Shown piece by piece: positions 24,161 to 36,100 of a stretch of DNA of 64,000 bases. A model generated the notes under the pieces. The model was not told where the DNA came from and ran no database searches. It saw only the letters and a program-made list of their open reading frames with translations. The stretch lies in assembly GCF_964204645.1 (NCBI RefSeq), contig NC_134035.1, positions 2,790,001-2,854,000 on the forward strand. The letters are read 5' to 3'. Each line of letters starts with the position of its first letter. Position 1 is the first letter of the stretch. A program made the translations under genes and the position numbers. Origin of the DNA: Tubulanus polymorphus (lineage: Eukaryota; Animalia; Nemertea).

Positions 24161-27100
24161 CTACACGTTCGATGACGGGATATTCTCGTCGTCCAAGAAC
24201 TGTTCTCTCGCCAACATATCCTGAAATTCAAACAGATTTCTTTTAAAATTCAAATTCCAACAGGATTATAAGGCATCAGTTATAGTAATACATAATGCTT
24301 CTATTAACAATATTCAAACTTATGAATTGATCATTCTATCAAGGTATTTCGAAGTGGACCTTCTCGAAAAATGGACTTCATCGGTCTCTTTTGAATTTCT
24401 TACTCCACTTCGGTTATTAAAAGATCAAAACCATTGGCCACTTCTCCAAAACCAGCAAAATTTCACGAATGAATTACGCATGAGCCCACAGACAATAACT
24501 TTCATATCGACATCATAATTATTCCAGGTAAATTTTGATTTTACGCTTTAATTACGAATTAATAATTTGTCCCAGATAAATGCAAAAGTCCGATACAATG
24601 CGTAGCTACAGTAGACCTCTCGTGACTTAGTACTTAGGAAACCGCTACAGCAAATTTTACTACCAGATTCCCAACTCGGTGAAATATCAACAGTACTTTA
24701 TACTTACAGTTAACGTATTTATCTCCTGGGAGAAAGCACCAATTTCTTTAGCAGTTTTTTCTTCTCTCTGTCAAGAAAATTGTATAAATCAAACATGAAG
24801 AAAGTGACAATCAATCGATATAACACAGTCAAACTCACTTAAGTCATTGCCATATAAGTCGTCACTTCACTTTACCCCCTTAACCCTAGAGCACTGAACG
24901 TAGAAAATCGACGACAAAAATGACAGCCGATTAGGATAGATGGCGTATGGGTGAAGACTGCTGGCGCCGGTTTTACAGGCAGGTATTACCTTTAACCCTG
25001 GGGCTAACTTAATTCATTTTCAATTACGTTAGCCCCCGGGTTAAAGGTGATACCTGTCTATAAAACCGGATCCTGCTATCTAATACAATACTTGAACAGT
25101 ATAATACACACACGTTTTTATCGATAAGAACAGGTTTGAAACAATTGGAATCTTTTGAGTTTAGGTCGTCTCTACTTGTAAATCGAAATTTGTATGTCCA
25201 AATCTATCTACTGAGTGTAAGTCATCAATTGGATGAGTGAGTTTGACTGTATTGACATAATGTTAAGCGAGTTTGACAGTAGTGACACACATACAGACAC
25301 GTACATCTTTCTGAACCTTCTTCATCGACGAATCCATTCCGGTGTCTTCCTCGTAGTGAGCTTTACCATTTGGAATTCCGCCTCTGTTCGCGGCGCCCTG
25401 GATATCCATCGGACAGATATAGCCGTCGTAATCGCTTCCATCGGCTCGAATCCGTTTACTGAACAAACCGAATTTCTTAAACTGAAATATAAAGAAAGGA
25501 ATAGCGTGTTGAAAACAGTGAGGACCCGACGCGGAACCTTCAAAGAGGATCCCCGAGGTTTAAACCGGTAAAAACTTCGGTCTTCCACGCTTCAATTTCT
25601 TATACATAAACCGTGCTCTTAACGCTGGTGGGTCGGGACAGTAGATCGATACCCGCTAAAAAAGCTCACCTTAATTTTCATGTTCGGCGTCAGTGGCATG
25701 TATCCGGGACTCGCTTCCAATTCGCGTTTCAATTGTTGCGTATCGTTGCCGACCAACGACACGAAATGCGTTTTCAGATGTCGCCGTAGCAATGTCTTAT
25801 TGCTCGGTATCGACAGCAAGGCGGCCAACAGCTCGGCTCCGAAAGCTTCTTCCAATACCTGTAAATCACGAAATTCACATGAATATAGCTGATGATAATG
25901 GTTTCCATGGACAAGTGACCCGCGCAAGCGTCTCGATGAAGATTCACCAGGTGTCGCTAGTCGTAGCTCGGTCGTTCGAACTTCAATGTCTTCTACATTT
26001 GAATTAAAATCCAATCAACTTTTTAAATTACTAAATACATCTTCACCAAGAACTCTACCAAAAAGTTAGTAGAAAAATACCGGTTCCTGGTTTTACAGAC
26101 TGGTATTACCTTTAACCCTCGGGCTAACTCAATTCATTTTCAATTAAGTTAGCCCCCAGATAAAAGGTAATACAGGTCAATAAATCTGGATTTTTCCTTT
26201 ATACAAATATGAAATACGCACCATTAAAGCACCGTGTACTCCACTACCGCGTAAGTTGGGGGCGTATTCCGAGAGGTCGATAGTTCGCAACCATTCCATC
26301 ACGCGGTGATTCGACCAAGTCATCACTTCATTCGGGCAATTCAACAACATTCCCTGAAAATACGCATTAGAAACGTCACGTGTGTTTACACTATCAGTCA
26401 GAGGTAAGTTGCTCAAAGGGTGGTTAAAGATAACTGGTGGATGAATACCATAGTAACTAAGGACTTTTAATTATCACCATGTCAACTATCCAAAGGTTAG
26501 CTATAACCAACTTTTGACCAGAGTCATCTAATTTGGTCTGGAGACTAACCTCTTCAGGGGCAGCTCTGCGTTTCAGACAGGTTGGATTGAAATTGTGCAG
26601 CCGTAGAACTTGTATGCCTCGTTTAATACTAAGATGATGCAGCGTACTGGTTACTTTCATGAATAACAAATCATCCTAAGATAAAGATAGAAATAATTGA
26701 AGCATAAAAGAATCAAGCACAAAACGTATGAATTGTTTTCCCGATTGAAAACTTGAATTAACAAATATCAACCGGAGTTGAACTTCAGGTCCACAAGTTT
26801 CTGTACATATGCTACTTACAACAGTCATATAATGCAACATTCTTCCGTCGACCTTTGCGTCAATGAACTGGTCTTTATACTGAGGAAGCCCGATATCGTC
26901 CAACCATCCTATTGAATCAAAAATGATTTAAAATAGTCATTAACGATACATTTATTACAGCAGGGCTGCCTACTCATATAAGTCTGTATGGACTGAATGT
27001 TCAGTATTTTGCCATTGAATTCTTTGATCGCTGAGCCATTGTTCCCTTGTTCACAAAGTAAAATTTCCGGTTCGTGGCCAGCCCTAGTGTCATGTCTAAC

Positions 27101-30100
27101 TCTCAAAATCAATGTAACCAGTAATGTTTGTTAATGAATCTAACAAATTAAGACCAGTCTTATGATTTAAGACCAGTTTTGGATGACTGTACAACTGGGC
27201 CTATTACTTACTGGTGACCCAATGATGATCCAATTCGCCGAACTTCTCTATATGACCCGAGCCGATAGCCTGCAGCGCTAGTTGCACTTTCTTCCTGTGC
27301 AAGTGGTGCTTGATGCCGAGCTCCTTTTCGAGGTCGTGTGGAGATGCTTTCAGCAGTTGTTCACCATTTTTCACCCACTGTTTGCAGTTGCCGACGTACA
27401 TGCTCAATCCCATCTCGTGCAGCCACGCCGCGACGCGGTCGCCGTCCCACCGAGCGAAAGGCATATTCAAGTCGCTGAAATAGAGGAAGGTTATTAGGGC
27501 ATAGTATCCATGTATGCAGTCTCTGCGCGTGGGGCAGTTCATTTATGATAATGGAAGTTTGCCCCCGTATATAAACACGAAGTCTTACTCTTTAAGGTCA
27601 CATGACCAGCCGAGTCGAGGTCCGGTTGTTGATCTGACTCCGCCGCGTTTGAATTCACTGTTTAAGGCACCGTTTCCGTTCGCACCGGGGTCGACCATCT
27701 CTTGCGAATTGCTGCGTTTTAACCTGCAAACAATTCTTGAACTTTCAGCACAGATCAGAGCGAGGTAGGGAGAGTGCTTGGCTTAGAAGTAGCGAATTTT
27801 TCAGCAGCTCTGTTTAACAGTTTTGACTTGAAACCGTGTAAAGCACAATACTGCTCAAGGGTATGGCTCTAATCCACAACCTCTCTCTACCCAGAAGAAT
27901 TTGTCAACTAGATCAGATGGTTCATGAGAGAGGGAAGATGATGGACTATAGCCACAATTACACGGAGACAATTTGGCAGGAAGCAGGCTCCAGTCAAATT
28001 TTATCCCTGCCTAATTAAAGCGTTAACACACGCACACCACTCACTCAATACTAAACAATACTAGCGAAGTGAGTCACTTAAGGAACCAGTTTCAATTCAC
28101 ACGCTATAATTTGACCAGTGCTTAAATTTGGCTCCGGTCTGGTCCGACGTTCTGGGTTGGGCCAAACAAGCACGGGCCCATTTTGTGCCCGTGAGAACAG
28201 TTTTTCAGCCCTAATGCTTGTGCGATCTCATTATTATTGCCATGAATGACAAATGAAGTATTCAGTACTCACTTTGACTTAGACCCGCCGAACAACTTCT
28301 TCAGTCCTTTTTTCTTCTTGTGGGCGTCGTTCAGGTTTTGGATGGCTTTGTATTGTTGAGCGCGTTCGTCTTTCAGGCGTTGCATTTCTTGATTTTCTTC
28401 TTCATTTTCGGCTTCGCCTGAAAAAATCATCCGATAAAACCCCGGTTGTTACTATTTGCTGGTGGAAACTTGAACCAAACGACCATAAACTACTGGATCG
28501 AGTTCCAAATGCGAGTTAGAGTTAAAATTAGTTCTTTTTCGAGTCAAATTTCAAACTCTTAAATGTGGAACAGGATCCCGTTAATCGACAAAAATGCTAT
28601 TGATACTATTGTAAAGTATAACTCAAAAGAAACGCTATTAATTCATCCTATTTAGGGAAAAACGATGCTTTTGGCAAATTGACGAATTCGAAAAAGCAAA
28701 TAATTCAAATCTCGAGAAAACGAATGGGAAAATAATGAAATAAAGAATACAAAACATTTCCAAGAACGGAAAATGCTTGTTTGCGAGTGAAATCTTACAA
28801 ATTTCTTGGTAGTTTATCGCGGAAGCCGCATGCACAATGATCGCATTAACGAAGTGTAAATCGATATTCAGTTCAACAGATATTTGCTATGGTTTCATTT
28901 TATTCATGTGTGAATTGCGTGAAAATTGAAAGTTTTGCGATGCGGCTCTAACACCGACAACGATCTTAACGTTCACAGAGAGATCCTACATTTACCGTAC
29001 CCGGGGATATCCCGAGATGACCTTGAATGATATGACCGGGGGGCCGGGGATTAGGGGTGGATCTAGGGAAATTGTGGAGTCAGAAAGAAAAGCGAGGGCA
29101 TATTCCTCGTGTGAAACAGAGCTTGCAACAGGTGCGAGGCATTTGACGATACATAGAAGACGCAATCTCCGAGAGGATGAGTGTAAAATTTGCAGGTATC
29201 AGACCCCAAAGATCTGCACCTGATATAAGACTTCTTGGTACGTGCTTCACTGCCATTTGAGAAAACCTGATGTATTAGCAGTTCATTGATCGAAAAAGAC
29301 AACGTCTTTTGCCGTCGTTTAAAATTTCAAATGATAGCGAAACAATGAAAGAACACCGCATCCCGAAAACCGAAATAACCAGAGATAGAAAAAGAGGAAA
29401 AATTCTCAGCCCGAAAAGGTGTGCGAAGGAGCACAGAGACAGCCAATGCGCCGCGAAATATAGGAAATGCTAGCTAGAAAATATAGAAATCCTACACTGA
29501 GAATGAAAAATGAAGTCGGAAATATTTCTACTACGCTAGTAGTTTATTCAACATTCCGACTACGTATATCCAAATGGTCATCTTCAGGAATACTGGGATT
29601 ATACATAAATTATGAGGCATATACACAATCCGGAACGAAGTGAAAGATTAAGCAATAAGATGCTGGCAATATGTCGTATATTACCCCTTACATTTTATCA
29701 AATCTTATTTCCCAATAAGTCTCTTCGTTCGGTACTGTATATGGATCTAAAAATTTTGTTATAACGCTATTATTTCAAAAGACGAATATCAGGATATATT
29801 CGAAATGCCGAATAAACGACTAGCTCAAGGAAACATTTTCGGGCTTCATTTTTCTTTCAGAGTGGAGTTTTTATGTCATCTTAACGACAGTAGTTTTATC
29901 AATGGTTATAATGCTAGCTATAGTCTCAATGGATCATCGATTCATCGGTAGGAGGAATCCGTCTGCCGACGAACGAGCAGCTCGCGAAGCAGACGCACGA
30001 TTTAACGTTACCTGATAGTTGTTGATGATTGTTACACACGCGACACGGAGGATAACCATCCGACGATATATGACAGCGTACGAACGACGACGCAGTCCCG

Positions 30101-33100
30101 GGTCCTTTTATTTTTAGTTTTTTGTTTTTGAAAATGAAATCAAATATAGAATGAGGATGATGTCGTCAAGAAATAAAGGAAGAGAAATGAACTGGCAGTT
30201 TTTCATCTGAGATTTTAAGCGCAAAGGAATTTTCAGGTTGTTTTCTTTTGTTGAAATCTTTAAAATGGAGAAGAATTTCCTGAAGTATGGCTTTTTTTTG
30301 ATAATCAAACGCAACTAATTCTATTAAATACGATTATATCTTTAAGTACAGTTGACTCCGCTTATGTTGAATTTGAGGAACTCAAAGAGATAACCGGTTA
30401 AATGAAACGTTTGTGGAAATATCCGACTTGAGCAGAATTGACTGTCTCGGATTTTTTTCTTAAGTCAGACAAATTTTCATGATTGAAAAAGATGCCAAGT
30501 GGAGCGGAGTCTGCCATACATGATTTAACATCAAACGCCTACTCATTTACTAGGTACTCATATAGAATACATATACAGAGTCATGATAAGAAAAACGTAA
30601 ACCCTTTTCATCCACCCTCGACGAGTTGGCAAGCGAAGTTTTTTCCTAACGTAACACATTGGGACAACAATGACGACAACATTTATAGTGGAAAGCGAGG
30701 TTGGGATGGAAGCCGGGATTTTCAGAGATCATATATTTAGGCTGAATGTATCTTATTGGGCGGGGGTGTTCCTATAGAAGGTCCTGAAAAACATTTGGAG
30801 CAGTTTTTGTGGTGAGACGACACAAAATACAACATCTAACATTTCTCATCCTACCTGCCTTACTAGCTGCTGCTGCAGTTGCTGTGGCTGATAAGAGGAG
30901 TTAAATCCTCGAAGAGCAACTGTTTACAATACGAAACACTAAGATCAAACAGATAATGTATAGAAATAGGCCTGGGCCAGCCCCAATTTTCATTATTAAA
31001 TGACCTAATGGAAGTCCATCCCAGAGAATCCCTTCTAGTCACTTCAAATAGTTCACAGCTAAGTATCAATATTTATGAGATACATGCATTTTAAAGGCTT
31101 TCTTTGTATTAGTATATGAGTTGGTCCCATACTGGAAGAGTATTCCTGGTTTGGTCCCCAATTAAACCCCTGCCTAAACTTTCTAAAAGTATCACGTTTG
31201 TCCACTTGTTATCACTTTCGAATCAAACTTAATTTCAATGGCGGCTTTTTTGTACTTTGCTCTTTTCGCCGAACTTGTTCGGAATGAAATAACGATGAGG
31301 GCAAAACTGAAGACAACTGAATACATACATGTACTCTATTTACGTTTAGTTTCGGAAATACCTGATGGACAACCACCAGCACGTGAACAGCAGTGTTCAC
31401 GATTGAACACTGGTACGTGAACACCAGAGCCTGAACACCGGTTCACACAAACAACGGCACACGAACAAAAAGAAAATGGGAAAGCTCATGCAAATTGAAC
31501 CTATAAAATCACAGCATTATCAAAAATTTACCAATCATTACGATTTCACCTATAATTAGTCACTGATTTCTGTTCGAAATACGTAAGGAATATTCTACGA
31601 ATCAATTGAAAAAAATTGTGCGGGAATAATGATGATAATAAAGTGCGATAAGGATGGTGTGCTCATGCTAACAATCTACTAGCCTCCACCTAGGTTGGGT
31701 GCTGATGTACTCCGCTTGCTACTCGTTGTTCGTTTAAACCACCCTTTACCGAACGAACTAAAGCCTTTACTTTTTCGGCGCGGCATCGTCGTCGACGCTT
31801 CCTGCGTATTTGCATAGGTCGCCGGATTCTCGGCGGTTCGTTTCTTCTTCTCGGGCGGAGTCTGAAAAAACGAGAATCGACGATATTTGTGTACGTCGGA
31901 AGATTTAACCGAAAATATGATGAAGTTTTTATGCGAGGTTGGTCACAACATCGTCCAATCTTGGGAGAGCAAGTTTACAGTACCTACTAGAAACATGTAG
32001 GTAGATTTACACCTCAGGATTCTTAACCGATCAACCAGCAAGAACAACAAAGACACCAAAAATTCAATTTCAAAGATTGTTCAATGATTTTCCTTGACCC
32101 TTGACTAAAAATTACCCATTTAAATTATATCATATCTTCAGTGGGGGCCGTTTCGTATTAAGAAGTTCCTTGTGCCGTCACCAGCAAGAACGACAAGATA
32201 CCAAAAATTCCTACTCCAGACAATCTCCCTGATTTTCCAGGAAATAAGTCAGACTTCCCAAATTTTTTTCCTGCATGAAAAGCATATCAGTAATTCCCTG
32301 ACTTTACCTGATCTGTAAGAACCCAACACACCTCCCCACGTACACGAGGTACATAGAAAATGACAAATTTTCGAATGCTCTCGCTCTAGGTGTACAATTT
32401 CAAGTATCAAGTACGTAGGAAGTGGTACCTTATAGCAAGTATAACATATTAAATGAATAACAAACCTTTGGTTGTTGATATGGGTTGATATCTTCAGCGC
32501 TACCGGCGTGACTGGGTCCAGATGATGACGATTTATGAGGTGTCGGTGAAGATGCTATCGTGGACGGAGGCGACTGCTGCTGCTGCTGTTGCTGCATACC
32601 GTTACCGTTTCCAAACTGAAACGTGCGCGCTTCTGAAACATCGAGCACAGATGTGTAAGTAGGGATAGCGTACGTATTTTTAGTTGCACAAAGCAGGCGT
32701 AATGTAGATTCTGCTTGCTCGACTAATCGTTATAACGATGAATTGGAGTAAGAATATATCTCAAATATTGTACACGCCAGGTAATAATCCAAGGCAATCA
32801 ACACAGCGATCTACTGTATTTTCTTTATTGGCTTTTCACAGAGGCACACATACGCAGGGCCTACAATCTTTGCATCAAAGTTTTCTCTGAGAGTTTCACT
32901 TATTAGAGCCCGAATCTGGGCATGAAAATGCCCTAGAACTCGTGCCTGCATCGCGCAAATGCAGCCAGGAGCAATTGGAAACCTAGACAGATAGACGACT
33001 CCAAAACTCTGGGTAATACAGTTTAGACACCGTGGCCCGTTTTTTAGACTTGTGTTACCTTGAAGGGGCTTAATCAATTGATAATGAATTGATTAAACCT

Positions 33101-36100
33101 TCGTGTTAAAGGCAATACCGGTCTATAAAACAGGGTATTATTTCTTCCAAAGAAGAAAGACAACTGATACACAGAGATATAGACTAGTCTAACTGGTTAT
33201 AGTGCCACATATAACATTTTGATATGTTGACACTTAAAATAAGATACTCTCAAAAACATATCTTTGAGTGGACAAGTAATTCATGCTATCTTGTGGACTT
33301 ACCGGTACCTGGTGTACTTGTAGCCGTAGGTGTGGTCAATAATAGCTCTCTTCTTATCTCATTTCCATTTCCATTTGCGACCTGCAAATACAAAGATACA
33401 GTTAGTATCTATCCAAAGTTTAAACTTTACTTTCAAGCAAAACTTGAGTAACCCTTGATTCTCATTGATTGTGGTTATGCAGGTATCGATTTACAGCCCA
33501 AAACCACCCTTCAGATATTCAACAGTAGTTTAGTGTGAAGTTTTTAGTTGATCACATTGTGAATATAAGGGGATAAAATATCTAATGTCTACTGTTTCTA
33601 GTTCATTTATGGCAGGTATCAATTGAACGTATTCCGATTCCAGAACAGCCATTGGTCAGAATTCCAGAATCGGTAGAGACCAATCAAATCCTGCCTAAGA
33701 ATGTCAAGTCAAGAGTGAACTCCTGAACACGCGTGATGCCTTGAAAATTAGAAATTGGAAGAATGGTGATAAAGCATGAAATGTCTGAAGGGGTCAGACT
33801 CATTAGCAACATTGACATAGTTTCACTCACAGGTGTATGATGTCCTTTTCCGGCGTAGTTCGGGGTCATAATCGGACTAGTACTGCTGTCACTGTGCGGA
33901 TCACTCGATTCATCTAATGCTTGTAAAAACTCCATCCCTGAAACAACGAGACGATGAGAGAAATGCCAAAGAACCAGGGCCCACTCCTACGCACAAAAAA
34001 GACTAGGATTTAGGGCCAGTCGAATACCATTTCAGTGCTACAGCCAATCCAATGAATCAGTCTTTACGCTGGAGATAATTTGGACAGAGTTGTGAATACG
34101 TAACAGGCCCAATTTTTGAAGCAACAACTAGCAGCCTGGAATTTTGAGTGATAGACAATAGAAGTGGATTGTTAAATCAATTAACTCTCAACGATTCCGA
34201 ATCATTGAATTCTATGCTCAGAACATGAATTACATATTCCTTTGACGAAATCCATGAAATTCTAAAATCAACTTTTTCTTCATTCAAAAAAAGTATTCAA
34301 CATGAAAATTATATTTTGTGAGTTTTTCTTGTTATTTTCACAACCGCTGTTGAAAGTTTTGCCAAATGGTTTGAGATTCAAAATTTGTCATTTTCTCGAC
34401 CAATCAAATCGATAATCTTGCCAGCATATATCATAAATACCTTTCTTCGAACGAATGAGATCTTCCAATCTTTGGAACCGTTTCAACGTGATCGTCAAGT
34501 CGTGAATTTTATTATCCTGAAAATTGAAATAATAGGGTCAGATTAATGAACTCGGATATCTTTAAGAACAAAACATGTTTTCACATTGAGATACAATAAC
34601 ATAAGCGGTTATTGATCACAATCTGGTAACATTGAAATGAAATTCCTTAAAACTTTAAGAAATTACTTTAGGAAGACTTAAGGAAATCAAAATATTCTTA
34701 CAGATATTTAGAAAAAAAAGTTTACACACATTTCCAGATTTTTCACACATTCTTTTTTAAGCAGATGTTAATCTATAATACTTTTGACATCAATTAGACC
34801 ACAGCAGGTCTGATGGCTGCTTTTCATCTGAGCTCCAAAGTTTCCTTTGATTAAGTTTTGAAAGAAATGTACTGAACAATTTAAATCTTTTCAGATGACT
34901 TTGATTCATTTTCATAAACAAATGTACTTATTGACTACGCTTTTTGAAATATAATCAAGGTAATTTGCTCGGAGTTCAGAGCTGCCAGCATTCTTTGAGT
35001 AAACGCACCTTCTCTCTATTAGCACCCATCAAAGATTCGACGGCTTTCTTCAGTTTCTCGACTTCGATATCTGTGAAACAGAAAAACCACACGTTATAAA
35101 CTAACGATCAAACGGAAATAAAGACCTTTTTCAAAAACTACGTCGGTCGATCGCGTCGAAAGCAGAACTGTGAAATGTATGCAGTGTTTTTGTCGCCTGA
35201 TTTTGCGCTAAAACTTTGTATCTGAAGTGAAAAGCAGATGATTAAAGCCTAACTCGCGTACAGCAAGGAAAACACATCGAAACAACGAATAGATTTTGTG
35301 TTTACGCCATGTTTCGAGGTTTTGTTCGCCTTTTATCGCGCGCAGCGAAACAAGAAACATGGAAACAAACCAACAGCTCCTACTAGCGATTAGAAAAGTA
35401 GCAATTGTCACATATCAAAATGGCGGCAATTTTTATTAGTCATGTGATCCGTTCGTTGTGACTGTTATTTGTTATTGCGTACCCGGGGTTTCTTGTTCAG
35501 ATATTCCGAAATTGCACACAGCAATAAAATCAACTAAACTTTCGCTAATCAATGTTTCTTGTTTAAGAGCTACGCATAAAGCAATGAAACGAGTGAAAAC
35601 AAGTACTGGACTGACGCTACAATTTCAGGTCGATTTTTTCCTACGATTCATACTAAATCAAATTGAATTTCATTTCATTTGTTGCATAAAATGAAATTAT
35701 ATTCGATTTTTTTGTTGGGGTGAATGAAATTGAATTGAATTTACTGGACTGCCGCTTCAAGATTTTAATCTAATTAATTCCAATATTTATATCTCACAAA
35801 AGTATTTGAAACTCAAGCCGTACCAACTAGAGCATGCAATTTAATTACTACGTTGCCTATGCTAAAATTAGTTATTGCTTTGTAAGTATTGCACTGCGCA
35901 TGCTAGGCTCAGGCGCCGGCGGATACCGGGAGCCTTACAATACTTCCGTAGGGCCCTAAAATTATGAGTACCCTTTTAATAGAGGCACTTTATATCAGTT
36001 CCAAACAAATTTCAAAAGCGTACTTTCTGTTTTAGTTTAACTAAGGCACAATTTTGTCGAAGATTCTAGAAAACACTATTTTTCCTGTCAAAAGTAAACC

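Noticed and set aside
25561-25598. Alternative acceptor for a liprin-beta exon at 25598
   Set aside because: Gives a stop after 12 codons in the required phase; the acceptor at 25481 gives the conserved YICPMD segment.
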